Assembly (NCBI GenBank): GCA_017464685.1
Contig: JAFTYO010000008.1
Coordinates: forward strand, 53,820-117,819
Length of the DNA: 64,000 nt
From: Alphaproteobacteria bacterium
GTDB lineage: Bacteria; Pseudomonadota; Alphaproteobacteria; RF32; CAG-239
Direction: 5' to 3'
Positions 1 through 9,309 of this stretch are shown piece after piece (the first letter of the stretch is position 1; every line of letters starts with the position of its first letter). The notes under the pieces were generated by a model. It was given only the letters and a program-made list of their open reading frames with translations. It was not told where the DNA came from and ran no database searches. The translations under genes and the position numbers were made by a program.

Positions 1-1811
1 TTACCTTTATATATTTGTTTGATTTTTTCTTGCTCGTGTTTATCAACTTGTTGATTGGCCGTTTTTTCAAGCCACATTTGTTTTACAAAATCGTTACCTC
101 TTGAGGGCATAATCAAGATATTTTCAAAATTATCTTTTAAGGCAATGTTTTTACCGTCTGCGCTAAATATGACATCAGGTGTTTTAACAACAAACATACT
201 CAAAACTCCGAACACAATCGGTACAAAACCCCACAAACGCCACTTTCTTTGCCATATACAGAGCCATAAACCGCCAAAAACAATCAACATCAAGCCCCAA
301 AACGGCATGGAAAGGACTTGATATCCGGCATTTGGCAAACCGGACACATAAGAGGTTATATCGTTTACGACCTTAATACCGACTCCTACAATTTTAAGCG
401 GTAATTCGTACAAATTAAACGGCATCAAAAACAACGAAAACAACACAAACGGCATAATTATAATGCCGATTACGGGTCCGGCAAGCAAATTGCCCAAAGT
501 GGTATAAACGGCTATGCGGTTAAAATGATAAATTGCAAACGGCAAAGTTGCAACACTTGCTACCAAATCGGACAGCAAGAGACCGACAATGTAGGCAAAT
601 ATAATCTTAAACACATTTTTACCCTTAAAAAACTTATGTATGCTTGATGAAAATCGTTCATAAAATGCAATTAGGACCAAAACGGCAGCAAAAGACATTT
701 GAAAACTTGCACTTATTAAGGCAAACGGAGAAATCAGCAAAACAATAAAAGCGGCAAAACCAAGCATTCTCATTGATATTGCATTTCGAGAAAACAAAAC
801 ACCCAAAAGCACGACAAATGTCATAATAAAAGCTCTTTGTGCCGGAATCTCTCCGCCGGAAATCAGTAAATATACAAAGCTCATAAAAATTGCAAAATAT
901 GCGGCAATTTTTTTCGAATCGTATTTTAAGGCAAGCGGTGTAATTAAACTAATCATCAATCTGACCGCAAAAAAAGCCATGGCGGCAATCATACTCATAT
1001 GTAAACCCGAAATTGATAAAAAGTGAGCCAAACCGGAATCTCTGTATTGTTGATTTAGACTTAATGATATATCGTTTCGGTCACCTGCCAAAATGGCCGA
1101 TGTTATGGCCGCTTCATCTTTTGGCAGTTCTTGGTTTATTTTTCGGGTTACATTTTTTCGTAAATCATCTATCAAAAACGAAATTTTTTGCGAAAAGCTT
1201 GCAGGTGTACGACACTCGATTTTAAACACCGTACTGTTGGCATATCCGACCGCACTCAATCCTTCAAAAAACGATTTGCGATTAAATTGATAACCGTTTG
1301 GTATCACCGGCATCATAGGTGGCATCAGGGTTGCGACCAACTCAACGCAATCTCCTTGTTTTAAAGTGTTTTTTTTGGTCGAAAGAGTTACTCTGTGCAA
1401 ACCTTTTCTTTTGTTGTCAAAATCGGCCGCATCGGTAAGCAACAATCTGATTTTTCCTTTGGTATTGTTATCGATTTTTAAAATTTTACCGCTTAAATAT
1501 GTAGTTTCTTTGTTTGAAGTCGGCGATTGAATAAACTTTTCCTGATATATACTTCTTACTTGAATGTTTGTAAAGCCGAAAGCAACAATCAGCAATGCGC
1601 TGACAATAAACAACTTATGCGCATCATAACGCCAAACATATAAAAGAGCCAATAAAATTTCTACCAAGATGACAGTAAACCAATAGGAAGGTTCGAACGG
1701 CAACAAAAAATATAGCCCGATACCCAACCCGAACAACACCGGAAGCCAAAGTATGAATCTATCCTTTTCGGCAAAAAAGTTGTCTTTTAAGTAATTAAAA
1801 AAAGTTCTCAA
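1..1811 (-). CDS. comEC: ComEC/Rec2 family competence (DNA internalisation) membrane protein, C-terminus beyond the left window edge
   Basis: My own translation of the minus strand. The frame is open from TTG at 1811 to position 1, and it is absent from the ORF track because there is no in-window stop. It is polytopic and hydrophobic throughout. The competence-domain signature ...DSGLAHFLSISGLHMSMIAAM... is present. The plus-strand ORFs 55-321, 1013-1225 and 1093-1290 are antisense noise. Confidence 0.8.
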   Translation of the reverse strand, partial: MRTFFNYLKDNFFAEKDRFILWLPVLFGLGIGLYFLLPFEPSYWFTVILVEILLALLYVWRYDAHKLFIVSALLIVAFGFTNIQVRSIYQEKFIQSPTSNKETTYLSGKILKIDNNTKGKIRLLLTDAADFDNKRKGLHRVTLSTKKNTLKQGDCVELVATLMPPMMPVIPNGYQFNRKSFFEGLSAVGYANSTVFKIECRTPASFSQKISFLIDDLRKNVTRKINQELPKDEAAITSAILAGDRNDISLSLNQQYRDSGLAHFLSISGLHMSMIAAMAFFAVRLMISLITPLALKYDSKKIAAYFAIFMSFVYLLISGGEIPAQRAFIMTFVVLLGVLFSRNAISMRMLGFAAFIVLLISPFALISASFQMSFAAVLVLIAFYERFSSSIHKFFKGKNVFKIIFAYIVGLLLSDLVASVATLPFAIYHFNRIAVYTTLGNLLAGPVIGIIIMPFVLFSLFLMPFNLYELPLKIVGVGIKVVNDITSYVSGLPNAGYQVLSMPFWGLMLIVFGGLWLCIWQRKWRLWGFVPIVFGVLSMFVVKTPDVIFSADGKNIALKDNFENILIMPSRGNDFVKQMWLEKTANQQVDKHEQEKIKQIYKG

Positions 1812-1838
1812 ACTTCTTCTCCGATAAATTTTTTGGTT

Positions 1839-2987
1839 TTATTTTTTATCAGTAAGGCCGAAAATTATATCACAAGCATTGGCACTCGGGGTTTGTTCGC
1901 CTAAACCCAACACTTCTTTAACTTTGGCAAAGCCTTGCATTTGACGTTCATAAATAGCTTGTTTTTTTAACAATTCTTCGACATGGTAGATAATATTTTC
2001 AACATTGCAATTTTCTTGCAACAATTCGGGCACAATTTCTCTGCCCAATAAAATATTGCTCAAATTTACGAACTGAATTTTCAAAAAATGTTTGGCCAGC
2101 CAAGCCGATACGGTGGAAAGTTTATAAGCTATGATATGCGGTGTGTCAACCATTGCCAGTTCCAAAGCCACCGTTCCCGAAGCGGCAACTGCCACATCGG
2201 CCGCACAAAAAGCATCGTGCCTGTCGCTTTCATTGTTAACAACAATAATCGGCAAATTGCAGTTTTTAATCATATTTTTCACTCGTTCTTCCACCGTAGC
2301 TACAGTCGGAATTACAAAGCAAAATTCAGGATGTTTTTCCTTTATGTTTTTAACTGCTTCTAAAAACACCGGCAACAAACGACTGACTTCAGTGTGTCTT
2401 GACCCAGGAAGAACTGCCATAATACGAGCATTTTCATCAATGTTGTACCGATTGCGAAAATCATCGCCGTTTGCCCATAAAACGCTGCTTTCGATTACGG
2501 GATGTCCGACAAATGTTGTAGGTAATTTATGCGGTGTAAAATATTTTGGCTCATAAGGAAAAAGTGTGAGCAAATGGTCAATATATTTGTACATGGTTTT
2601 AGCCCGTTTTTTCTTCCAAGCCCAAACCTGAGGCGCAACATAATGAACTTGCAAAACTTTGATTTTTTTCTTACGAATAAGTTTATGTATGCGAGATGAA
2701 AAACTCCAACTGTCAATGGTTATCACCACATCGGGTTTGATTTTTTTAATATCTTCAACGGTTTGCGAAAATCTTTTTAAAATTTTGGGCAAGCTCGGTA
2801 ACACTTCAAACAAGCCCATAACCGCCAGTTCTGAAATATCAAACAAAGAGTTTAAGCCTTCTTGTTGCATGGTTTCGCCGCCAATTCCATAAAATTCGGT
2901 TTCAGGATTTTTTGCTATCATGGCTCGCATTAAGCGAGACCCTAACAAATCTCCGGAGGGCTCTCCGGCAATTAAGTACACTTTCAT
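1839..2987 (-). CDS. lpxB: Lipid-A-disaccharide synthase
   Basis: 382 aa. The N-terminus MKVYLIAGEPSGDLLG is the classic LpxB glycosyltransferase start. The start overlaps the upstream lpxI stop by 4 nt. Confidence 0.9.
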   Translation of the reverse strand: MKVYLIAGEPSGDLLGSRLMRAMIAKNPETEFYGIGGETMQQEGLNSLFDISELAVMGLFEVLPSLPKILKRFSQTVEDIKKIKPDVVITIDSWSFSSRIHKLIRKKKIKVLQVHYVAPQVWAWKKKRAKTMYKYIDHLLTLFPYEPKYFTPHKLPTTFVGHPVIESSVLWANGDDFRNRYNIDENARIMAVLPGSRHTEVSRLLPVFLEAVKNIKEKHPEFCFVIPTVATVEERVKNMIKNCNLPIIVVNNESDRHDAFCAADVAVAASGTVALELAMVDTPHIIAYKLSTVSAWLAKHFLKIQFVNLSNILLGREIVPELLQENCNVENIIYHVEELLKKQAIYERQMQGFAKVKEVLGLGEQTPSANACDIIFGLTDKK

Positions 2988-3832
2988 TTTATCATCTCCG
3001 CCGGATTTACTCCGATAACAAACATTTTATATTTATTGGCAAGTTTAATTACTTCTCGCTCATTAACAATGAGCGCATTGCCGGCATGAATAACTACGCC
3101 TCTTAAACCCGATTTGTGAGCATTTTCAATGGTTTTTACACCGATGGTGGGCAAATCTATGCGCATATCCTGATTGGGCTTTCTTAATTTGACCAAAACC
3201 CCACCGACACCTTTTCTGGCATAGTCTTTACAGCGTTTAATCAGCATATCTGTTCCCTCAATACCTTCAACTCCTAAGACAAGACCTTGCTGAACAACCA
3301 CCGATTGTCCTACATCTAATGCGCCCAAAGTTAAATCTACTTCAATACCTCGTTTAATATCTGCCAAGGCTTGTTTGTCAGGTTTTGTTTTGGTGAGCAA
3401 GCCTTCTTTGGTAAGAATTTCGGGCATTACTTCATGAACGCCGACAACCTTGATATTTTCAGATTCAATTTCTTTTACCAAAGCTCGTAAAATTCCGTCA
3501 TCGCCTAGGGCTTTTAAACCGATTTTTGCAAAAAAAGCTGCAGTTCTTAAATCAGGCACCAATTCTTGCAAAGTGGGGCGATGGATTGTACCTATCATAA
3601 CAACATCTAGTACATGTTCATCTTTTAAGAACTTAAAACCTGTTCCGGCCTGACCTATTCTTATCCACTTATGATTAACGGTTTCATCAAAATGGGCTCT
3701 GTCGGCATTACCCTCAATTGCCAATACAAAATATGGAATTTGGTTAGCTTTTACATAATCAATCAACATTTTCGGAATTGAGCCGCCACCGGCTATTATA
3801 CCCAATTTTCGCTTATTATCGCTCATAATCAC
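2984..3832 (-). CDS. lpxI: UDP-2,3-diacylglucosamine pyrophosphatase LpxI (DUF1009)
   Basis: 282 aa. Motifs KLGIIAGGGSIP, LDVGQSVVV..G.VLGVEGIEGTD and RIDLPTIGVKTI match the LpxI family as I recall it from Caulobacter. It lies directly upstream of lpxB, as is typical of alphaproteobacteria. Confidence 0.8.
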   Translation of the reverse strand: MIMSDNKRKLGIIAGGGSIPKMLIDYVKANQIPYFVLAIEGNADRAHFDETVNHKWIRIGQAGTGFKFLKDEHVLDVVMIGTIHRPTLQELVPDLRTAAFFAKIGLKALGDDGILRALVKEIESENIKVVGVHEVMPEILTKEGLLTKTKPDKQALADIKRGIEVDLTLGALDVGQSVVVQQGLVLGVEGIEGTDMLIKRCKDYARKGVGGVLVKLRKPNQDMRIDLPTIGVKTIENAHKSGLRGVVIHAGNALIVNEREVIKLANKYKMFVIGVNPAEMIK

Positions 3833-3987
3833 TTTCTCAAAATTAAAAAAACTTTTTTTAAACTATCACACTTATTTTTGTTTTTCAAGACCACTTTGCT
3901 GTTTACTTATATGCAATTTTAAGGCTTTGTGATTGACACTTGTTGATACAAGTGATATTGATATAAAAAAATGATTGGGGAAAAATT

Positions 3988-4791
3988 GTGAGAACAAATA
4001 AAAATTCGATAAAAATATATGAAAAGGCTGATTTTGAAGGTATGCGCAAGGCCGGAAAGCTTGCAGCCGAATGTTTAGATTATATCACACCTTTTGTTAA
4101 AGCCGGAATTTCCACCGGTGAACTTGATGATTTATGCAGAGAATTTATTGTCAATAACGGAGCAATTCCGGCTTGTTTAGGATACAGAGGTTATCCTAAA
4201 ACAATATGCGTGTCCATAAACCATGTAATTTGCCATGGGATTCCCGATTATGAAAGAAAATTGGTTGACGGAGATATTGCCAACATTGATGTTACGGTCA
4301 TTTTAAACGGTTGGTATGGTGATACAAGCAGGATGTATTATGTCGGAAAACCGAAAATTAAGGCAACTCGTTTATGCGAAGTGACATACGAATGTTTAAT
4401 GCGCGGTATTGATGTTGTAAAACCGGGGGCTCATTTCGGAGATATCGGAGCCGTAATTGAAGATTATGCGCATAAATATGGTTATTCGGTTGTGGATATG
4501 TTTTGCGGACACGGTTTGGGCAAGGTTTTTCATGATGAACCCAATGTTATGCATTGCGGTAGAAAAGGAACCGGTCCTTTAATTGAAGAAGGAATGTTTT
4601 TTACCATTGAGCCGATGATAAACACTGGTAAAAAAGACGGCATGATACTTTCAAACGGTTGGACAGCCGTTACCAGAGACAAAAGTTTATCGGCACAATT
4701 TGAACATTCGTTGGGAGTTACAAAAGACGGATGTGAAGTGTTTACATATTCTCCTAAAGGCTTAGATAAGCCGCCTTATAAAACGGAATAA
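3988..4791 (+). CDS. map: Methionine aminopeptidase type I
   Basis: 267 aa with a GTG start. M24A pita-bread motifs are present: ICHGIP, DIANIDVTV, GDTSRMY, FCGHGLG, FTIEPM and SAQFEHS. Confidence 0.92.
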   Translation: MRTNKNSIKIYEKADFEGMRKAGKLAAECLDYITPFVKAGISTGELDDLCREFIVNNGAIPACLGYRGYPKTICVSINHVICHGIPDYERKLVDGDIANIDVTVILNGWYGDTSRMYYVGKPKIKATRLCEVTYECLMRGIDVVKPGAHFGDIGAVIEDYAHKYGYSVVDMFCGHGLGKVFHDEPNVMHCGRKGTGPLIEEGMFFTIEPMINTGKKDGMILSNGWTAVTRDKSLSAQFEHSLGVTKDGCEVFTYSPKGLDKPPYKTE

Positions 4792-4795
4792 AAAC

Positions 4796-5506
4796 ATGGA
4801 AAAAGAAGGAAAAGCACAGCCGCATTATTTAGGACATCGCAATCGTCTGAGAGAAAGATTTTTAACAGATGAAGGCGACAGTATGGCTGATTATGAATTG
4901 TTAGAAATGTTGCTTGCATTGGCAATTCCACGAAGAGATGTAAAAGAAAATGCCAAAGATTTAATTAAACATTTCGGGTCATATGCAGATGTTGTTTCGG
5001 CTCCGCAAAACAAATTATATGATTACGGGTTATCTGTAAATGTTGTATCTGCCATAAAGCTTATAAAATCATCAGCCAAAAGGTTTGCTTGGCATAACTT
5101 AAAAGAAACCGATGAGCCGATTATTGCAAATATGGATTATTTACTTGAATATTATACAAATGCAATGGCTTATTTGGAGGTTGAAGAATTCAGGGTTATG
5201 TTTTTAGATGCCAAGTTGCAAGTGTTAAAAGAAGAAGCTATGCAAAGAGGAAGTATCAACAGTGTACAAGTTCATCCTCGTGAAATTGTAAAAGCTGCGA
5301 TTAAATATAATGCGACATCGGTAGTATTGGCTCACAATCATCCGAGCGGAAAATTGCAACCTTCACATAACGACTTGGAAATGACTAAAAAAATTATTGA
5401 TGCGTTAAAAACGGTTGATATTTTGGTTGGTGACCATTTGATAATTACAAAACAGGGATATTATAGCTTTTTAGAATCCGGATTGCTTGAACGAATAAAA
5501 CGATAA
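4796..5506 (+). CDS. radC: RadC-like JAB-domain protein
   Basis: 236 aa. It has an N-terminal helix-hairpin-helix-like region and a JAMM motif (VLAHNHPSG ... PSHNDLEMT). Confidence 0.88.
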   Translation: MEKEGKAQPHYLGHRNRLRERFLTDEGDSMADYELLEMLLALAIPRRDVKENAKDLIKHFGSYADVVSAPQNKLYDYGLSVNVVSAIKLIKSSAKRFAWHNLKETDEPIIANMDYLLEYYTNAMAYLEVEEFRVMFLDAKLQVLKEEAMQRGSINSVQVHPREIVKAAIKYNATSVVLAHNHPSGKLQPSHNDLEMTKKIIDALKTVDILVGDHLIITKQGYYSFLESGLLERIKR

Positions 5507-5531
5507 AATTTTATTTTATTAAATAAAATGC

Positions 5532-5559
5532 TTGCAATTAAAAAAAATATGTGTATGTT
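5532..5559 (+). promoter_or_regulatory. Putative sigma70-type promoter for the tRNA-Pro transcription unit
   Basis: TTGCAA (5532-5537), a 16-nt spacer, then TATGTT (5554-5559). It lies upstream of the degenerate tRNA-like copy. I see no comparable promoter directly before the intact tRNA. Confidence 0.4.
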
Positions 5560-5566
5560 AGGTCTT

Positions 5567-5782
5567 GTAGTTCAAACAATGCTTAGCTCAGATTGGCAAT
5601 AGCGCTTGTTTTGGGCTCGAGGATAAAAATATCCTTTAATGGATATTTTTACCGCAAGAGGCGAAGTTTTGTTATTGAGTGAGGGAAGCGGTAAGCGACC
5701 GAAACGAGATTACAAAACGAGTGACCGAAGCGAGGCTGATGTAACAGCCGAGCAAGAAAGATGTCGTAGACAGCTTGCGACC
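5567..5782 (+). pseudogene. Degenerate tRNA-Pro-like copy interrupted by a 135-nt insertion in the anticodon loop
   Basis: 5581-5615 (GCTTAGCTCAGATTGGCAATAGCGCTTGTTTTGGG) parallels the D arm, anticodon stem and TTTGGG loop of the intact tRNA-Pro. 5751-5770 (AGCAAGAAAGATGTCGTAGA) parallels its 3' anticodon stem and variable region. The acceptor stem does not pair and the T arm is missing. A T-arm-like remnant (GTAGTTCAAACAAT) lies just upstream at 5567-5580. Confidence 0.55.
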
Positions 5783-5811
5783 TTATTATTTTAGATGTAA
5801 ACAACATATAA

Positions 5812-5888
5812 CGGGACTTAGCTCAGCCTGGTAGAGCGCTTGCTTTGGGAGCAAGATGTCGTAGGTTCAAATCCTATAGTCCCGACCA
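5812..5888 (+). tRNA. tRNA-Pro (anticodon UGG), CCA encoded
   Basis: Folded by hand. Acceptor stem CGGGACT/AGTCCCG, D stem GCTC/GAGC, anticodon stem CTTGC/GCAAG with loop TTTGGGA, T stem GTAGG/CCTAT with loop TTCAAAT, discriminator A, then CCA. Confidence 0.93.
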
Positions 5889-5897
5889 GACAAAAAG

Positions 5898-5922
5898 CCT
5901 TACCCTTGCGGTAGGTTTTTTT
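5898..5922 (+). terminator. Possible rho-independent terminator after tRNA-Pro
   Basis: A short bulged hairpin (CCTTACC ... GGTAGG) is followed by a T7 run. Confidence 0.4.
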
Positions 5923-6013
5923 GTTTGGTCGCAGTTCAAATTTTTAGACAATAAGGATATATTGTTTAACCCAGATACCATGGTCAAGCCATGATATGAC
6001 GGGGTATAAATTA

Positions 6014-6047
6014 ATAACACCCGCCGGTATATACTGGCGGGTGTTAT
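6014..6047 (-). terminator. Hairpin terminator downstream of cysteine-rich paralog 1
   Basis: A 12-bp perfect stem (ATAACACCCGCC / GGCGGGTGTTAT) with a 10-nt loop lies 15 nt past the stop at 6062. The trailing sequence on the minus strand is T-rich. Confidence 0.55.
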
Positions 6048-6061
6048 AAGAGAATACAAAA

Positions 6062-7441
6062 CTATCCCCATACACTCTTCTTAGTGCATGTCTTCTTATC
6101 AGATGATAGCGTATATCCTGATTGGCAAGATTGGAGACATTTAAAAGTAAGAGTCTGATACGGATACTTACAGCTATAACAGCTACCCGCACCTGTCGGA
6201 CATGAATTAATCACCCCTCCAGTACAAGAAGAACAGTCACCAACATAATCAGGATCTTCCACACAGTAGTTCAACCCCCCTACTATTCCTTTCTTGTAAC
6301 CTGCCGGACAACTATAATCCTTGTATCTTTTTAATGACTCACCACTACAAGTTCCTCCGTCAACCGTGTCAATATACCCCTCGCAGTGCTCTCCTGTAAG
6401 AAGGTTTGGGTCTGTATTATTGCTGGTATATTGATATAAGCTTGGGTTACACAATTGCTTACAAGTTCCATTTAATGAACAATAACCAGCTGTACAACCG
6501 GAAGGTTCATAACATCCTGAAGAGTCAGAGCATACAGAACCCGGATTAGCACTTGTACATGCCAATTCTGAATCATATGTACAAGCTCTCTCACAACCTG
6601 TACCGGCAGCATTTTTTTGATAACCATCTTCACAATTAAATCCGGAATATTTGGTAGTCAAAGAACCGGCGCAATCTTTACCTGATGTACTATAATATCC
6701 GGTACATTTTTCGGATGATTCATTTGTACTTGCGTATTCCGGCAAATCAGGAGAACCTATATAATATTTATACACATCAGGATCGCAAATTTTTGCACAT
6801 TCATCAGTGGTTTTACAATATCCTGAACTACAATTAAATCCAGAATATACAGTAACCTGAGAACCTGAACAATCCCCACCGGATGTGCCTACGTATCCGG
6901 TGCAACTTCCGGTTAATGAACTAATATTGGCAGGTTTATTATTTTGACTATATTTATATACACTGCCATCACAGACATTATAACAAGCCGTGCCCGATTT
7001 ACAATAACCTGTTTTACAATTTGTTGGAGAAAAACACGTATACGCATCTTCTCTACATTCAAAATTTGTATAAGTTGTTTCGCATGTTTGTTTATCTTTA
7101 TAATCACAAACCACAGCGCATAATTTGAAGTTTTCATCACTGGGGCATGTTACAATTTTTGAACATGAAGAATCAAACTCAATATTTGTAAAACCTAATG
7201 CCTCGCAACTGACCACATTTCCGGCAACACATTTTTTATAATTTTGATTATACGGACAGTAAAGATATTTTGTACAACCATCTACATCTGTGTTAAAATA
7301 TCCGAGTTTTTCACAGTCAATAGCCGTCTGGCTGCTCGGAGTGCAACTTTCGGTTTCACCGGAATCAACCACACAAACAGTTGCATATACTGTTGAAGAC
7401 ATCCCCACAAGGCATAACAAAGTTAATATAAATTTTTTCAT
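6062..7441 (-). CDS. Secreted cysteine-rich repeat protein, paralog 1 (unknown function)
   Basis: The track ORF runs 6062-7453. I prefer the ATG at 7441 (MKKFILTLLCLVGMSSTVYA), because the GGAG inside the MEFA extension sits 6 nt upstream of it. It has a Sec signal peptide and very many Cys in repeated modules (C.GY..TS.G.C.G....Y.gF.C..GY.K). I recognise no known family. Confidence 0.75.
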   Translation of the reverse strand: MKKFILTLLCLVGMSSTVYATVCVVDSGETESCTPSSQTAIDCEKLGYFNTDVDGCTKYLYCPYNQNYKKCVAGNVVSCEALGFTNIEFDSSCSKIVTCPSDENFKLCAVVCDYKDKQTCETTYTNFECREDAYTCFSPTNCKTGYCKSGTACYNVCDGSVYKYSQNNKPANISSLTGSCTGYVGTSGGDCSGSQVTVYSGFNCSSGYCKTTDECAKICDPDVYKYYIGSPDLPEYASTNESSEKCTGYYSTSGKDCAGSLTTKYSGFNCEDGYQKNAAGTGCERACTYDSELACTSANPGSVCSDSSGCYEPSGCTAGYCSLNGTCKQLCNPSLYQYTSNNTDPNLLTGEHCEGYIDTVDGGTCSGESLKRYKDYSCPAGYKKGIVGGLNYCVEDPDYVGDCSSCTGGVINSCPTGAGSCYSCKYPYQTLTFKCLQSCQSGYTLSSDKKTCTKKSVWG

Positions 7442-7483
7442 AGCAAACTCCATAAAAATATATCGCGATTTTTACATACATTG

Positions 7484-7512
7484 ATTGTATATCAAATCTT
7501 AGCATTTTGCAA
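7484..7512 (-). promoter_or_regulatory. Putative sigma70 promoter of cysteine-rich paralog 1
   Basis: Read on the minus strand: TTGCAA (7512-7507), a 17-nt spacer, then TACAAT (7489-7484). An identical element precedes paralog 2. Confidence 0.55.
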
Positions 7513-7531
7513 TAAAAAAATGCAAATACAA

Positions 7532-7560
7532 AAGAGCGCCATTTTAACAATGGCGCTCTT
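7532..7560 (-). terminator. Rho-independent terminator of cysteine-rich paralog 2
   Basis: A perfect 12-bp stem (AAGAGCGCCATT / AATGGCGCTCTT) with a 5-nt loop is followed by a T-rich tract on the minus strand. It lies 25 nt past the stop at 7585. Confidence 0.7.
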
Positions 7561-7584
7561 AAGCAAGTTACTGAAGCAAACCCA

Positions 7585-9171
7585 CTATAGGTTATGGTTT
7601 TCATATTCTTGGAGATCTGCACACCTATTTGTATCCATTGTATAAATACCAGCGTTTTGTAGCATTTCTCTTTGTCCAGATATAAACTTGTTAGTAAACG
7701 TAGTATTTACCATATTGAATATATCTTTCTCACCTTTACAATACTCAAGGCTACCGCCGCCACCACCACCATTGTTCATGCTTCCTGATGTAGGTGGATA
7801 TACAGTACCTGTACAAGGCAGTGCTGAGTAATATGTATCATACCGAACCTTCCCTACCCACTCAAATTGTCCGGCATCGTTAAATTGATATTTGTTACAC
7901 CAAAGATCAACAAACGTGCCACTGGCACCAGAAGGGGTACACGGAATTGGAGTATCGTCAGGGAAACAATAGCTACAATGTTCCATATAACACTTTAAGA
8001 TGTTTTTGTTCAAGTCCAGTATATTAACAATTCCATCACCGCAGAATGTTTTTTCTGTTGCTGTCGGAGTTATCAAGCCTGCTGCTTCACAACTGCTATA
8101 TGCCGGTGTGCAAACACCATTGTACATAACAGCTTTTCCATGCGGACAATTACATATGCCACAACCGTTTGCATCAACATTTATCAATTCCGATGCATCT
8201 TCACTACATTCAGATTCGGTTACATAGCCTGTTTTACAGGTTGAAGGAACATAACACTCATCCAGATCTACGGTTGTATCAATATCACAATTAGAATGAA
8301 GATTTCTATCCAAACACTCTTGTTTATCAACATACGGACAAGTATCAACAACACAAGCTGTTTTGGCTGCGTTTTTCCGATATCCGGGCTCACACTCAAA
8401 ATCAGCATATCTATTTATGCCCTCACCGGAACAGTTGCCGTCAGAGTCTTTCAAATAACCCAAACAAACATCATCTGACATAATTGCATTTTCAATTTGT
8501 CCGGCAATAGGATACATCTCCTCATCACAAAGAGGCTGACATCTTGATTCCATTTTACAGTAGTTATCATAACAAATATAGTCTGCATATCTGAGCACCA
8601 CATCACCGGTGCAACTTCCTTGAGAGGTGCCGATATATCCCACACATTCATCTATCATTTCAGCGTTTTCAATCTGGTCCGAATAAGGATAATCGGTTTC
8701 ACTGCAAACAATGTTACAACCTGTACCGGTATCACAATATCCAACTTTACATCCGGTAGGAGCATAACAATTGTCAGATGATGAACACGATGCCCCCATG
8801 TGACGTTTTTCGCACAACTCTTGATCAACATAACAAACCGTAGCGCATAATGTAAGTGAGGCATCATTAGGGCATTCAACAATTTTTGAACACCATTTAG
8901 ATTTGTCGAGACTGTTAAAACCATACTGAGCGCAATCTACACCACTCGTACCATATACACATTTTTTATATTCAGGATCAAAAGGACAATAAATATAATC
9001 CAAACAACCGGTAACATCAGATTTTGAATATCCGAGAGTTGTACAGTCACCCGATGGATTTGGATTATCAAGACAACTATCATCTCCGCCGTAATCTTTC
9101 AAACAGGTAGCACCATATGCAACCTGAGATATACCGATAAGGCATAACAAAGTTAATATAAATTTTTTCAT
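7585..9171 (-). CDS. Secreted cysteine-rich repeat protein, paralog 2
   Basis: The track ORF runs 7585-9183. I prefer the start at 9171 (MKKFILTLLCLIGISQVAYG), preceded by the same GGAG. Its N-terminal module (C..LGY..sDV.GC..YiYCP....YKKCV then C...GF.....s.CSKIV.CP.D....LCA) is collinear with paralog 1. A poly-Gly tract lies near the C-terminus. Confidence 0.75.
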   Translation of the reverse strand: MKKFILTLLCLIGISQVAYGATCLKDYGGDDSCLDNPNPSGDCTTLGYSKSDVTGCLDYIYCPFDPEYKKCVYGTSGVDCAQYGFNSLDKSKWCSKIVECPNDASLTLCATVCYVDQELCEKRHMGASCSSSDNCYAPTGCKVGYCDTGTGCNIVCSETDYPYSDQIENAEMIDECVGYIGTSQGSCTGDVVLRYADYICYDNYCKMESRCQPLCDEEMYPIAGQIENAIMSDDVCLGYLKDSDGNCSGEGINRYADFECEPGYRKNAAKTACVVDTCPYVDKQECLDRNLHSNCDIDTTVDLDECYVPSTCKTGYVTESECSEDASELINVDANGCGICNCPHGKAVMYNGVCTPAYSSCEAAGLITPTATEKTFCGDGIVNILDLNKNILKCYMEHCSYCFPDDTPIPCTPSGASGTFVDLWCNKYQFNDAGQFEWVGKVRYDTYYSALPCTGTVYPPTSGSMNNGGGGGGSLEYCKGEKDIFNMVNTTFTNKFISGQREMLQNAGIYTMDTNRCADLQEYENHNL

Positions 9172-9214
9172 AGCAAACTCCATAAAAATATATCACGTAT
9201 TTTTACATACATTG

Positions 9215-9243
9215 ATTGTATATCAAATCTTAGCATTTTGCAA
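9215..9243 (-). promoter_or_regulatory. Putative sigma70 promoter of cysteine-rich paralog 2 (duplicate of 7484-7512)
   Basis: The same TTGCAA-N17-TACAAT element, located inside the 112-bp repeat copy at 9141-9252. Confidence 0.55.
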
Positions 9244-9309
9244 TAAAAAAATCTTGCATAAGAAGAGTTAATATTTTAATTTAACAGATATGTAACAGAA
9301 AGGATAAAT

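Noticed and set aside
5560-5800. A two-piece (permuted) alphaproteobacterial tmRNA gene, or a group I intron inside a tRNA gene
   Set aside because: - There is no GGTTCGA-type T loop with a CCA-terminated acceptor.
- No plausible tag reading frame ends in ..LAA or ..VAA; the open frames here read e.g. ATETRLQNE.
- The insertion is only 135 nt, shorter than any tRNA group I intron I know of (about 200 nt or more).
- The flanking tRNA halves cannot form an acceptor stem or a T arm.
- It is therefore reported as a decayed tRNA copy with an unexplained structured insert.
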